Shown here: piece by piece, positions 1 to 14,631 of the stretch
Layout: each line of letters starts with the position of its first letter
Position numbering within the stretch: position 1 is the first letter of the stretch
Assembly: GCF_037042905.1 (NCBI RefSeq)
Contig: NC_087252.1
Coordinates: forward strand, 13,766,001 to 13,830,000
Direction: 5' to 3'
DNA length: 64,000 bases
Source: Lytechinus pictus
Taxonomy: Eukaryota
The notes under the pieces: generated by a model
What the model saw: the letters and a program-made list of their open reading frames with translations, nothing else
Database searches by the model: none
Told to the model about the DNA's origin: nothing
Made by a program: the position numbers and the translations under genes

Positions 1-1427
1 TGTACATAAATTCAACTGATACTGAGAAATTATTAGGAAAAGAATACATTTATGCAGTAAAAAGAGTATTAATACCTAAGTTTTCGAGTGTGCTCGCTCA
101 GCCATGACAATGTAGAAAGTTCGGAAAGTGTGTGGTGATAAAAATGATTGATGATAAAAACAACACCAATTAAGTTACATTTGAAACCGAATTTGCCCCC
201 ATTATTCACTTTATAACCCATCAAAATGAGTCTGTGACATTGAAAATGCCCCTTTTCCCCTTTAAGGCGTGCTCACTCATCCATAAAAAACAAATCAATT
301 TTATTTTTGCATAGAATTTTGCCCATAAGTTGATGAACATTACTGCCAAATGATACTGCTAAAGACAGCTTTGAAAAAAAGTTCCACCACATTGAATAGG
401 GGGTTACTTATTCTCAAACATATGCACCCATCGTGTACACAATGTCTATGAGAGAGGAAGTCAAAATTTTAACATAAGTGAAATAAGGGTTTGTTTCATA
501 GTCGGTTTAGTTTCTTCTGCCAATAGTTTTCTCATGAAACTTCACACATGGCTTCAGAGTAACAATATCCAAAGGGCCCGCACACTCAAATTACCATTCG
601 ATACGGCACAGAGTGGGGCCAAGGCCTTGAACTTTCTTCTCATTTGCATAATTTTCGAATATTGTGTGCTCACTGAGGCATTAGATATCGGGATTTTCAT
701 AAAAATCCAATCAAATTAACTATTCAAGAAGGTTTGTGACAGATATCCATAGTTAGCAATTGCATTTTGCCAATAACGCAAAAAAGAGCTAATCACATTC
801 CACATGTTCATTCAAGCGTGAATGTTTAATTAAATGCCTTTGAATCATTGAAGCATGTTAATTGGTCATGAACATATTGAAAAAGGTTGAGAAAAGATAA
901 TTTCAGTTACCAACTTGAAACATTACTTGCCAATGATATTTGAAAATCGTATTTTTTGTTTTCATTAAATGTTCATTGAGCCGTGAAATGATGAATATTG
1001 TTAAAGATACTGTTCCCAAAAATAATTGTCATCATATTCCATCATTTTCATCGATAGAAATGTGTAAAAATTCCAATAATAGCAAATTTTTACTGTGTTT
1101 ATTCAACCGTGAAACTTAGCCAAAAAAGTTGTATCGACTTTTAGAAAGTACATTTTACATGCCTTCTGACTATTTTTCATGATGAGAATGTGGAATTCGT
1201 TCCAATAAACTGGAATCAAAGTCATGATATTTTGCTTGTGACTTTTAAAAAGTGACAATTTTGCATTTTTCCGGTGCTCACTGAAGTATGACATAAAACA
1301 CGTCTGTAACATTCACAAAGAGGGTAGCTTATAAAATTCCCTACAGGTTCATGTAAAAATATAATAAAAACTCCCAGTGGTTCGGAAATTATCGATGTTT
1401 GTTTAAGGGGGGACTTACTTTTTTTGT

Positions 1428-1439
<12 letters not shown>
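1..1439 (-). mobile_element. Partial non-autonomous TIR element, an inverted copy of 2327-6874
   Basis: 1-1405 is the diverged reverse complement of ~5000-6406 and ends in ttaaggggggacttactttttttgttgtgtg next to a (TA)n tract. Confidence 0.8.
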
Positions 1440-1461
<22 letters not shown>

Positions 1462-1462
1462 C

Positions 1463-1495
<33 letters not shown>

Positions 1496-2318
1496 CAGTG
1501 CGTCCCACAAAAAAAAACGAAACCGATATTTATCGATGATTTATCATAACTTAATCACAAATGCAATAGACAAATGACCTACCATTGTAAAGCTTAGAAT
1601 CTCTTCTTTCATCTGAAATTACTTAGATTTATTCTCATTCACGCATGAGTGAGCAAAACCAATTTGAAGAGGGTATACCAAAAAGTCATTTGGCGGGCTG
1701 TTTCTGGGTTTCAAAAAGAAAACCACATTTCTAAAAAGTTCAATGTCTGCTCTTTAATTTGATACCTCAATTACAGAAAATGGTCTAGAAATAAGAAAGT
1801 TATGGTTATTTGAAATAAGGCTTGAATTTCAATAATTTCATTAAATGAAGAGGTTTTACAGGCTAGCGTTCAAACTCACTCGACACTCCGTTTTGTTGAC
1901 GATCAGCCATGCATGAAGTCTTTTGTTAACTATGCGATAGCTTCTGTGGGAAACCGGTGAAAACACGTTTATTTAATGAAATTATGGAAATACAAGCATT
2001 GTTTCGAGGGAACGTAACTTTTTTACTTCTTGACCATTTTTTGTGATTAAGGTATCAAATTAAAGAGCAGATATTGAACTTTTTAGGCACGTGATTTACT
2101 TTTTAAAATTCAGATACCCCCCGCCAAATGAGTTTTTGGTATCCTTTCTTCAAATTGCTTTTGCTCACTCATGCGTGAATGAGGAATAATCTAAGTAATA
2201 TCAGATGAAAGAAGAGATTCTAAGCTTTACATTGGTAGGTCATTTGTCTATTGTATTTGTGATTAAGTTGTGATAAATCATCGCTAAATCTCAGTTTCGT
2301 TTTTTCTGGGACGCACTG
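1496..2318. mobile_element. Palindromic Tc1/mariner-type MITE inserted in a (TA)n tract
   Basis: TA|CAGTGCGTCCCA...TGGGACGCACTG|TA with inverted arms of ~300 bp. One arm of the same family is at ~24490-24659. Confidence 0.85.
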
Positions 2319-2326
2319 TATATATA

Positions 2327-5300
2327 CACAACAAAAAAGTAAGTCCTCCCTTAACTCTTTAAGAGCCATTGACAGCTATAGTTGCCCATAGCCCTCTAGT
2401 GCCACTGGCAGCTATAGTTGCCCAACTAACTTTTTTTTGTTTAACCAATTTTACAGCCAGAAAATCAACACTATATTCTGTGTTTTTTATGTTGTTATAT
2501 TGGCAAGGAATTCACAATTGATTTTGTTATATAATGAATAGTGGTTTACATAGACATTTTTTGAGTAAAATGGCATTTTTGCATCATTATTTTGAAGAGT
2601 TGATTTCGGATATTGCCGCGATCTGAATCAAAATTTCCCCTATAGACACGTGTGATATAAAGATTGTGTGTAGCAATACACGTACTTCTACGGGCAGAGC
2701 AAAGGCGAGTGTGCGAAGGCATTCAGCTCAGAATTGACCAATGACAGAGCGGTACGATGTCTCTCACCCAACGCTACTCGCCCATTCGCTATTGTTTTAT
2801 GAATATTCATGAGCTATCGATCGGCTCTTCTGCAGGCCGGTATGGTAGTATTCTTGTGTCAAGGCTTTTTTCTGCCTGCAAATGTGCACGGTTTGGGGGA
2901 GATTTTTTGGGGGTAGGGGGGGGGGTGGGGGAAAGGTCTTATACTTTGTTTTTTTAGCATTCTCACAAAATTGTTCTCGTTATAAATATATGAGTAAAGA
3001 AGGCTGTCATTTCCAACTCTCATCGCACTGCAATCATCACACTCATTATTTATTTATTCATTTATTATTATTATTATTATCATTATTAGTATTACTATTA
3101 TCGTAATCATTATTATCATTATTGTTATTGCTATTATTATCATTATTATTCTCCTTTACCTTCTTATTATTAATGTTATTGCCATCAGAATCATCATCAT
3201 CATCATTATGATTATTATTAAAAAATAATTGTTGTAATCATATCAATTGCATTCCTTCTGCAGCCAAACTCTCTCTTCATAAACTTAAGATCAGGTAAAT
3301 AACGGTTCATATTCGTTTGTGTTTTTATAGCCCAAACCATAAAAAAAGAATGATTGACATTGTTATGCTTATCAATATCATATTCAAACTTCTCACAAAA
3401 ATATGAATCGTTCCAATATTCTCCTCGAATCAAATAGGAAGAAGCAAAACAAATACATGTGATAATTAAAACGGCCGATAATACCGCTTTATTCGTCTCA
3501 AGATGTTTTGAGGAAAAGAAAAAAAGGGATACATTAACAAAACCGATCAGACCGACCTGTTAGTTGCTGCATCATTGACGTCACTATCAAAGGGATTTCA
3601 AAACGACTTTAGAGAGTAGAAATGAAAATTATAACGATGATAACGGGTTGAATATTACATTTCTTTATACCACGCATATTATTGTACACTATGTTATCTG
3701 AACAAATAAATTTCTTTTACCACGGATAGTGCTACGAGCTGGGGAGGCCCTGGGCGGATGCAGGATTTTTCTGTAGGGGGGCAAATTGTTTTCTCTTTAC
3801 CTGGGTCACCCATAAGAAATCAATACCGGAACCTTTGAAAGTATTCAAATGTCAAATCAAAAGACGCGCGTGAGCCCCGATTTCTATGAACATCCTGTGC
3901 TAAATTACTCTCCTAGATAATAGGTCAGAAGGGAGCGCGGATTAGAGATTCCTCATGAAAGAGAGTCTGGGCATCTATTGTTCATGACTTGGTGGCATGA
4001 CCAAAATAATGTAGTCACGTAGAATGTTAACAGGTGGCTACTTTGGTCAGACCAGTAATACAGAACAAATAGGCCTATTTTCTTTTTGAAAATTTGTATT
4101 GATTTTTTTGTTTGTAACTGATTTGCATTCCCTCTTCTTTGATTCACGAAAAATAATTTTTTTTTTCTTTTTCTCGTCTGTGCACTTTGCCAAGAACGCC
4201 CATATTATTTTGTGGGATTTTATACCCCAAACTTGTAAGTATTGAAACTGTCCGACCCCTCTTTATCTTTATTTCAATATATCATCTTAAGTTCTTTTAT
4301 ATTTTGTCTCCTTCTGACTGGCAATAACTTTGTTTGTTACACTACAAATAAAAAAATTACAGAGTCTTATTTTGAAGACTACACGAATGAAAGGGTACGG
4401 TTGGCCGCACTTTGAAGGTACATGGCTCTAATATATTATTGTGTGTGTTTGCGTGGGGATCGCAGCTGTGCTGTGATTGGTCACTTGATCGGCGACATTG
4501 CCCTTTTTTGGAACAGGTCGCTTTATCGTACTTCAGAGGAAATAACTTGAATAGCAAAATAGTATTTTATTCAAAAGAGCATTATTTTTCGTTATTTCTT
4601 TTTGTTCAATTTCATTAATAGATGCGTCATTTGAAAGGGTAAACATTGAACTTTCATTTTATCTTCTTAATTTGTTGGTATCTCTACAATTCCTCAGGTT
4701 ATTTACTTTTTAAAATGTTCATGAAATCATAATTTTCTAGGTTTTACTTATTGAAAAAAAACGATGTAAAATATTACATCTTTTCTCCATTTTTCCAAAC
4801 GCAAATATGAAAGATAATAACACGACCATAAAGCCCATGAACCATGCATCATTTCATGTGTAGAAGGTTTTATTATACAACGTACGGGTAAAGAATTATG
4901 ACCGTTTTAAAATCAGTCGCTGCTCACATTTTGGTCAATTTAGGGTTCCCTCGAATATCCCTGGCAGTAGAGGGGTATTGGGCCTGGCAGGGTAAGAGTT
5001 AAACAAACATCCATAATTTCCGAACCAATGCGAGTTTTTTAAATATACTTTTACATGAGCGTGTAGGTAATTTTATAAGCTATCCTCTGAGTAAATGTTA
5101 TGGACGTATTTTATGTCATGTTACAGTGAGCACCGTCAAAAGGCAAAAATGTCACTTTTCAAATGTCACAAGCCAAATATCATGACTTTGATTCCATTTT
5201 ATTGGAACTAATTCCACATTCTCATCATGAAAAATAGTCAGAAGGCTTGTAAAAGGTACTTTCTAAAAGACGATACAACTTTTTGGCAAAATTTTACGGT

Positions 5301-6874
5301 TGAATAAACACAATTCCAAATTTGCTATAATTTGATTTTTACACATTTGTATCAATAAAAATGATAGAATATGATGACAGTTATTTTTGGGAAGAGTATC
5401 TTTAACAATATTCATCGTTTCACGGTTCAATGAACATTTATTGAAAACAAAAAATACGAATTTTAAATATCATAGTCAAGTATTGTTTCATTTCGGTAAC
5501 TGAAAATGATCTTTTCTCAACTTTTTGTTCATGACCAATTAACATTCTTCAATGATTCAAAGGCGTTTAAATAAACATTCACGCTTGAATGAACATGTGG
5601 AATGTGATTAGCTCTTTTTTACGTTATTGGAAAAAATGCAATTTGTAACTATGGATATCTGTCACAAACCTCCTTGCATGGTTCATTTGATTTGATTTTT
5701 ATGAAAATCCCGATGTTTAATGCATCAGTGAGCGCACAATATTCGAAAATTATGCAAATGAGAAGAGAGTTCAAGGCCTTGGCCCCACTCTGTGTCGTAT
5801 CGAATGGTTATTTTGGTGTGCGCGCCTTTTGGATAGTGTTACTCTGAAGCCATGTGCGAAGTTTCATGAAATAACTGTTGGCAAAAGTAACAAAAACCGT
5901 CCATGAAACAAACCCTCATTTCATATTTGTTAAAATGTTGACTTCCTCTCTCATAGACTTGTGTACATTATGGGTGCATATGTTTAAGAATAAGGAACCC
6001 CTTATCCAATATGGTGGAACTTTTTTTCAAGGCTGTCTTTAGCAATGTCATTTGGCATTAATGTTTATCAACGTATGGGCAGAATTCTGTGCAAAAATAA
6101 AATCGATTTGTTTATTTATGGATGAGTGAGCACGCATCAAAGTGGGAAAAGGGGTATTTTCAATGTCACAGACTCATTTTAAAGGGTGATAAAGTAAATA
6201 TTGGGGGCAAATTCGGTTTCAAATATGAATTAATTGCTGTTGTTTTTATCATCCATCATTTCTATCACCACACACTTTCCGAACTGTTGACATTTTCATG
6301 GTTGAGCGAGCACATCCGAAAACTTAGGAATGAATACTCTTTATACTGCATAAATGTATTAAATATTTTCCTAACAATTTCTCAGGATCAGTTGAATTTA
6401 TGGACAAATCAGTGGTGGATCCAGAATTCTAGAATGGGGGAGGGGCCTATAATCTAGGGAGCCACCAACTTTTTCAAAAATGTTCTTGCAAGTTGTAGAG
6501 GATACTACCATAAACCCCTATCGTCTCAATACATTGTGCTCACTCAACCATAAACATACGATATCAAAATTGTGTGTGGAGTGGCTAAATGATGGATAGT
6601 AAAACGGCATTAACACCATAAAATTCACCTAAAAACAATTTTTTGCCCAACTTTGTATTTACACAATCTGAAAAACGACTCTTGTGACTTTAAAAAATTG
6701 TCATTTTTAATTCAATCTTTAATTACTAATGCATGACTCAACCGATCAATTTTTTTCCCCAGGAGTTGCTTAATGAGTGTAGAAAACCACCTACGAAATA
6801 TCATATCTCAAAATAATTCTGTTCAAAAGTTACAGCAATTTGATTAAGGGGGACTTCCTTTTTTGTTGTGTGTG
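2327..6874 (+). mobile_element. Non-autonomous TIR element (~1.9 kb own sequence) interrupted by a TTAA insertion
   Basis: Ends cacaacaaaaaagtaagtcctcccttaa / ttaagggggacttccttttttgttgtg, both abutting TA repeats. Confidence 0.7.
2355..4998. mobile_element. piggyBac-like non-autonomous insertion with TTAA target duplication
   Basis: TTAA(2351-2354)|CTCTT...AAGAG|TTAA(4999-5002). Removing it restores collinearity with the uninterrupted copy at 1381-1439. No transposase ORF. Confidence 0.75.
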
Positions 6875-6989
6875 TATATATATATATAAAACCCACCTTC
6901 ACCCGACAAAGGAAATTATAATTGGTATAGTGTCGAAAATCTGTCTATCTGACGGTCAATCGGATCGGGGTCGCCCTAGCCACTAACCC

Positions 6990-7061
6990 GTCTCTGTGGT
7001 CTAGTGGTTAAGGCACCGGCGTTCAAAGCTGGGGGCCCGGGTTCGATTCCCGGCAGGGACA
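6990..7061 (+). tRNA. tRNA-like gene, 72 nt, anticodon TCA, short variable loop
   Basis: Stems GTCTCTG/CAGGGAC, GTCT/AGGC, CCGGC/GCTGG (loop GTTCAAA) and CCGGG/CCCGG (loop TTCGATT). A and B boxes are intact and an oligo-T run follows immediately. Confidence 0.65.
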
Positions 7062-8321
7062 TTTTTTTCGGCATCACCAATTTTTCCAAAGGGTAGATAG
7101 CTAAGCCTAGCTTCAAAAATCAAATTCTTAGCAATGTTAAGTTTTGGGTAGTGAAATCACAACATGGTCAAAGTGCATTAACCCTAAATGACCCTTGACT
7201 TTGATCATGTGACTTGAAACTCATGCAAGATGATGTATGATACTTTATTACCCATATGCTCTCTAGGTTATTATGACCTTTCAAAAATTTTGCCTTGGTT
7301 AAGATTTACCCAAACATGGTCAAAGTTCAGTGATCCTAAGTTACCTTTGACCTTGATCATGTAACCTGAAACAATTTGGAATAGTTAAATTGGAATTCAA
7401 CATGAGTTTGAGTCTGGAAATACATAAAAAACGACAAAAAATATCATGACAATTCTTTAATTTCTTGAATAACTTATTATTTTGATAACAATAGATTCCT
7501 TGACCTCAGAAATGGCGGTTTATAAGTGTCAAAATCATGAATCCTAGGTTACTTGGAAGCTGAGATATTGTCAAAAACCATGTTTTGGGGTGGCTATTTT
7601 GAAAAATCCAAGATGGCGGCCATATAGGCCACGGTGCAAATGGAAACATTTTTATTCTGAATCCTCATGCAATAACCTTTCTAAGAATGTATATTTTTCA
7701 ATTTCTCCAAAAAAATCAGGCGAAAGCCCAAATATGAACATAGTGAACCTGATTATAAATAAGAAGAGAATGTTATTCACATGACAATGACATTAGATTA
7801 ATTACCGTAATTTTGGTCACATTCATGTACAATTCATGTCCAAATCCAATGCAAATTGTGTTTTTGGCCATAATTCACAAGTTTTTCATTATTTCTACTT
7901 TTACTGATTCAACTCAATGAATTTGTAATGTTTGTTTGTAAATCAGAATAAATTCAGCAACGATTTCCATAGAAAAAACAATTAAAAACAATAAATCGAA
8001 AAACAAGGAAATGCATAAGAAATTTTAAAAACAATAGAATACATACATCTTTAATTACTAATGCATGACTCAACCGATCAATTTTTTTCCCCAGGAGTTG
8101 CTTAATGAGTGTAGAAAACCACCTACGAAATATCATATCTCAAAATAATTCTGTTCAAAAGTTACAGCAATTTGATTAAGGGGGACTTCCTTTTTTGTTG
8201 TGTGTGTATATATATATATAAAACCCACCTTCACCCGACAAAGGAAATTATAATTGGTATAGTGTCGAAAATCTGTCTATCTGACGGTCAATCGGATCGG
8301 GGTCGCCCTAGCCACTAACCC

Positions 8322-8393
8322 GTCTCTGTGGTCTAGTGGTTAAGGCACCGGCGTTCAAAGCTGGGGGCCCGGGTTCGATTCCCGGCAGGGACA
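8322..8393 (+). tRNA. Second identical tRNA-like (TCA) copy
   Basis: Same sequence as 6990-7061. Confidence 0.65.
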
Positions 8394-8545
8394 TTTTTTT
8401 CGGCATCACCAATTTTTCCAAAGGGTAGATAGCTCTGGGAAACCTTGATTTAAGCTACGCCTACCATTGTTCTCTTCATTCATTTCTTTACAATATTTAA
8501 AATAAAAAGAGTTGCCAAAGCTGTTGTACATGTATAACTTCACAC

Positions 8546-8656
<111 letters not shown>

Positions 8657-10446
8657 AACGCACTTTGGGAGCTTCGCTTCTGTTCACGCTTAGATGCGAT
8701 CGTCAGGCGATGTGTCCAAGTAACTTTTTTCGGTCAACTGGTCCTGAGTGTCTGCAATTTGTGATTAGCTCCTGTGGAGGGTGTGTTCATAAAAATAATG
8801 TATTTCTCCTCATAGTCAGTTTCACTATGTACTTTTGCCGGATTTTTATGGAGAAACATTTGTGATCCAAAAAAGATCTTATAAAAGTTTCATTTACTGT
8901 GATGAAGTATTTAAATATTACGAAAAAAATATACATTCTTATCCAAATCAATAGATCTTGAATGACCCTTGACCTTGAACCAGTAACCTGAAATCATAGT
9001 AATTGAATTCCAGTTAATCATATACATCTTTAACTCAATACTGATCGATAATCTCAAATTCGTCGAAAATCTATAATCTAATCTAATTTCTCTTTTATTT
9101 TTTTATCAATTTTGACCCCCTATTGACCACTGACCTTCACATTGAGAACTGAAAGTCATTTATCCATTTGCTGATACTTGATGAACATTATATGGAAGTT
9201 TTTATAGAATAGGGAATTGCAAAAATTAAGCCTAGCTTCAAAAATCAAATTCTTAGCAATGTTAAGTTTTGGGTAGTGAAATCACAACATGGTCAAAGTG
9301 CATTAACCCTAAATGACCCTTGACTTTGATCATGTGACTTGAAACTCATGCAAGATGATGTATGATACTTTATTACCCATATGCTCTCTAGGTTATTATG
9401 ACCTTTCAAAAATTTTGCCTTGGTTAAGATTTACCCAAACATGGTCAAAGTTCAGTGATCCTAAGTTACCTTTGACCTTGATCATGTAACCTGAAACAAT
9501 TTGGAATAGTTAAATTGGAATTCAACATGAGTTTGAGTCTGGAAATACATAAAAAACGACAAAAAATATCATGACAATTCTTTAATTTCTTGAATAACTT
9601 ATTATTTTGATAACAATAGATTCCTTGACCTCAGAAATGGCGGTTTATAAGTGTCAAAATCATGAATCCTAGGTTACTTGGAAGCTGAGATATTGTCAAA
9701 AACCATGTTTTGGGGTGGCTATTTTGAAAAATCCAAGATGGCGGCCATATAGGCCACGGTGCAAATGGAAACATTTTTATTCTGAATCCTCATGCAATAA
9801 CCTTTCTAAGAATGTATATTTTTCAATTTCTCCAAAAAAATCAGGCGAAAGCCCAAATATGAACATAGTGAACCTGATTATAAATAAGAAGAGAATGTTA
9901 TTCACATGACAATGACATTAGATTAATTACCGTAATTTTGGTCACATTCATGTACAATTCATGTCCAAATCCAATGCAAATTGTGTTTTTGGCCATAATT
10001 CACAAGTTTTTCATTATTTCTACTTTTACTGATTCAACTCAATGAATTTGTAATGTTTGTTTGTAAATCAGAATAAATTCAGCAACGATTTCCATAGAAA
10101 AAACAATTAAAAACAATAAATCGAAAAACAAGGAAATGCATAAGAAATTTTAAAAACAATAGAATACATACATCTTTAATTACTAATGCATGACTCAACC
10201 GATCAATTTTTTTCCCCAGGAGTTGCTTAATGAGTGTAGAAAACCACCTACGAAATATCATATCTCAAAATAATTCTGTTCAAAAGTTACAGCAATTTGA
10301 TTAAGGGGGACTTCCTTTTTTGTTGTGTGTGTATATATATATATAAAACCCACCTTCACCCGACAAAGGAAATTATAATTGGTATAGTGTCGAAAATCTG
10401 TCTATCTGACGGTCAATCGGATCGGGGTCGCCCTAGCCACTAACCC

Positions 10447-10518
10447 GTCTCTGTGGTCTAGTGGTTAAGGCACCGGCGTTCAAAGCTCGGGGCCCGGGTT
10501 CGATTCCCGGCAGGGACA
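10447..10518 (+). tRNA. Third tRNA-like (TCA) copy with an anticodon-stem mismatch
   Basis: GCTCG replaces GCTGG in the 3' anticodon stem; otherwise identical. Confidence 0.55.
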
Positions 10519-10670
10519 TTTTTTTCGGCATCACCAATTTTTCCAAAGGGTAGATAGCTCTGGGAAACCTTGATTTAAGCTACGCCTACCATTGTTCTCT
10601 TCATTCATTTCTTTACAATATTTAAAATAAAAAGAGTTGCCAAAGCTGTTGTACATGTATAACTTCACAC

Positions 10671-10785
<115 letters not shown>

Positions 10786-12789
10786 AACGCACTTTGGGAG
10801 CTTCGCTTCTGTTCACGCTTAGATGCGATCGTCAGGCGATGTGTCCAAGTAACTTTTTTCGGTCAACTGGTCCTGAGTGTCTGCAATTTGTGATTAGCTC
10901 CTGTGGAGGGTGTGTTCATAAAAATAATGTATTTCTCCTCATAGTCAGTTTCACTATGTACTTTTGCCGGATTTTTATGGAGAAACATTTGTGATCCAAA
11001 AAAGATCTTATAAAAGTTTCATTTACTGTGATGAAGTATTTAAATATTACGAAAAAAATATACATTCTTATCCAAATCAATAGATCTTGAATGACCCTTG
11101 ACCTTGAACCAGTAACCTGAAATCATAGTAATTGAATTCCAGTTAATCATATACATCTTTAACTCAATACTGATCGATAATCTCAAATTCGTCGAAAATC
11201 TATAATCTAATCTAATTTCTCTTTTATTTTTTTATCAATTTTGACCCCCTATTGACCACTGACCTTCACATTGAGAACTGAAAGTCATTTATCCATTTGC
11301 TGATACTTGATGAACATTATATGGAAGTTTTTATAGAATAGGGAATTGCAAAAATTAAGCCTAGCTTCAAAAATCAAATTCTTAGCAATGTTAAGTTTTG
11401 GGTAGTGAAATCACAACATGGTCAAAGTGCATTAACCCTAAATGACCCTTGACTTTGATCATGTGACTTGAAACTCATGCAAGATGATGTATGATACTTT
11501 ATTACCCATATGCTCTCTAGGTTATTATGACCTTTCAAAAATTTTGCCTTGGTTAAGATTTACCCAAACATGGTCAAAGTTCAGTGATCCTAAGTTACCT
11601 TTGACCTTGATCATGTAACCTGAAACAATTTGGAATAGTTAAATTGGAATTCAACATGAGTTTGAGTCTGGAAATACATAAAAAACGACAAAAAATATCA
11701 TGACAATTCTTTAATTTCTTGAATAACTTATTATTTTGATAACAATAGATTCCTTGACCTCAGAAATGGCGGTTTATAAGTGTCAAAATCATGAATCCTA
11801 GGTTACTTGGAAGCTGAGATATTGTCAAAAACCATGTTTTGGGGTGGCTATTTTGAAAAATCCAAGATGGCGGCCATATAGGCCACGGTGCAAATGGAAA
11901 CATTTTTATTCTGAATCCTCATGCAATAACCTTTCTAAGAATGTATATTTTTCAATTTCTCCAAAAAAATCAGGCGAAAGCCCAAATATGAACATAGTGA
12001 ACCTGATTATAAATAAGAAGAGAATGTTATTCACATGACAATGACATTAGATTAATTACCGTAATTTTGGTCACATTCATGTACAATTCATGTCCAAATC
12101 CAATGCAAATTGTGTTTTTGGCCATAATTCACAAGTTTTTCATTATTTCTACTTTTACTGATTCAACTCAATGAATTTGTAATGTTTGTTTGTAAATCAG
12201 AATAAATTCAGCAACGATTTCCATAGAAAAAACAATTAAAAACAATAAATCGAAAAACAAGGAAATGCATAAGAAATTTTAAAAACAATAGAATACATGA
12301 GGAATTTTTTTGTGAGTACGTTTGATCAGAATCCTACACAGAGTCTATGAATTTAAAATGAGCGATTCGGGGTCCTTATTTAGTTACCTAGAGCAATTTT
12401 TAGATTCAAGCAATTTCAAAATTTCATCATTAAATTCATTGAATTTTATCATTAAATTATCTTAAATAATTAAAAATATATATTTTGGAAAAATTAACCA
12501 TGTCGCCATGTAGATTACATGTTGCACTACCACTGTGCAAATTTTTGGTGCTTTCTGTGGCCGAGATGGAATCTTATCATCATCCTCCTCCTCATCATCC
12601 TCCAGATACTACTGCTCCGCCACCCCTTACATTTAAATGGTACTTGAAGACCTGGAACCCATTGTTTAAAGCCTTTGCCATAAAAAACTCTGGCACTTTT
12701 TTTTGCCAGAGTTTTTTAATAGCAAAGGTTTCATGCAACGGGTGCCTTAACAGACGTTACGTATATATATATATATATTTTTTTTTTAA

Positions 12790-12969
12790 ACAAGTTCACA
12801 CCTAGTTACCAATAATGCATATAGCATTTCCATTTATTTTAAAGCAGGATAAAAGAGCATTGTAGATTAAATGCCTTGCTCACGGGCATAGCTGCTGCGG
12901 CCGAGGATCGAACCCCTAACTTTTTCATGTATAGCCAGGCGCCTTAGACCACTCGGCCACGGCACCTCC
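12790..12969 (-). mobile_element. tRNA-derived SINE
   Basis: Reverse complement begins ggaggtgccgtggccgagtggtctaaggcg..ggttcgatcc. Same family as 42958-43140. Confidence 0.8.
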
Positions 12970-13619
12970 ACTATATTGGAGGTATATTGCCCCTTATTAC
13001 GTATACGTATTATGTTACGTATATTGCCCCTGTGGACAAAACATATTATATCCTACATAGATTAAATCCTGTATAGTGATTGGTTCAAATAGCATCATGT
13101 GACGGAATATATTTCAACTATGATGTTGCGTGACGTCAGACCTCGATATATTTTTCGCTATACCAATATTCTGACGTCATTATTTCAGAAAACTGGATAT
13201 TTAGCTAGACTCTCGTGCGCAGCGGCCCGCGAGCTCTCTCTCCCGGGCAAGTCCCGCGATGCGTCGGCGCAGGCACTAATCTGCGTTCCGCTGAGCGCGG
13301 TGGCTCGGAGAAAAGTAGGTAATTCAAAGCAAGTAACCGAAATTTGCAAGCTCAGCGCATAGATTTTGGTTATAAATTATTAAAAGTAGGATATAAAACA
13401 AATATATCAGGCGTTTCATTCGAAAGCATAGTGGGAATCATTAATCTTCGGTAGAACTGGCAAAACTATTAGTAATAGTAATAGCCCGACCAACCTCGGA
13501 TAAATAATTCCACTATACTTTCTCAAAGCCTGATATATTTGTTTACTATACACTGTGTATAAATGTATTTAATATACATGTCTATCCTGCCTTTCTTTTG
13601 TATCAGACATGTCACAGGC

Positions 13620-14176
13620 GCATACATTCGTAATTCCGAAGCTTCGTTATTCCGAAGGTTCGGATATTCCGAAGGTTCGTTATTCCGAAGGTTCGTGTTT
13701 CCGAAGGTTCGTTAGTCCGAAAACGAAATGAGGTTCGTAATTCCGAAGGCTCGTAAGTCCGAAAACGAAGTGAGGTTCGTAATTCCGAAGGTTGGTTAAT
13801 CCGAAAAAGAAATGAGGTTCGTAATTCCGAAGATTCGTTAGTCCGAAAACTAAATGATTAACTAACCTTATTTCGTTTTCGGACTAACGAACCATCTGAA
13901 CAACGAACCTTATTTCGTTTTCGGATTAACGAACCTTCGGAACAATGAACCTTATTTCGTTTTCGGATTAACGAACATTCGGAACATCGAACCTTATTTC
14001 GTTTTCGGATTATCGAACCATCGGAATAACGAACCTTCGGAATAACGCCACAAATATTCGGATTAACGAACCCTTTTACGTTTTCGGATTAACGAACATC
14101 GAGGTATAGGCAATTTGCGTGTTTCGGAATTACGAACCTTCGGAATAAAGAACCTTCGGAATTACGAAGTGTAACC
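13620..14176. mobile_element. Foldback-type MITE built from short tandem repeats in inverted halves
   Basis: Left half reiterates ttcgtaattccgaagg / tccgaaaacgaaatgagg; right half reiterates the reverse complement ccttcggaat..acgaa. Confidence 0.8.
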
Positions 14177-14631
14177 GTCAGAGGTGTACATTTGTTCAGT
14201 GTCAATGCACAGGGGCGGATCCAGGATTTTCCAAAAGGGGGGGAACAAATTTCTCAGAGAAAATTTTTGACAAGCCCCCCCCAAAAAAAAAAAAATAATA
14301 AGGATATTTCGTATCCGGAAAAATTTGACAAGCAAAAAAAAAGGTTTTCAACCACAAATAAAGGATATTTCATTCCCGAAATAAATTGACAAGCAAAAAA
14401 AAAAAAGGGTCTTCAGTTCAATTTCAAAAGAGGGGGCACACCTCCGTTTTAATGGCATTTTTACTTAACAAACTTTTAATTTTGCTTCTCAAAAGGGGGG
14501 TCGGATTCGCGCCTGAATGCATAAATAAGATCGTTTTCCGTTTCCAGGTATATTTAATCTGAAAAAACCCACCCGATCCTCAGTGTTATAGAGCAATGAT
14601 TTATTGATTTTTTTATATTTTTTTTTTATAG

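Noticed and set aside
6990..7061. Selenocysteine tRNA
   Set aside because: 72 nt with a 4 nt variable loop and a standard 7/5 stem arrangement; it lacks the long variable arm of tRNA-Sec.
13620..14176. Regularly spaced short repeats superficially resembling a CRISPR array
   Set aside because: There are no unique spacers, the repeats flip orientation at the centre, the context is eukaryotic and there are no cas genes. It is a foldback MITE.
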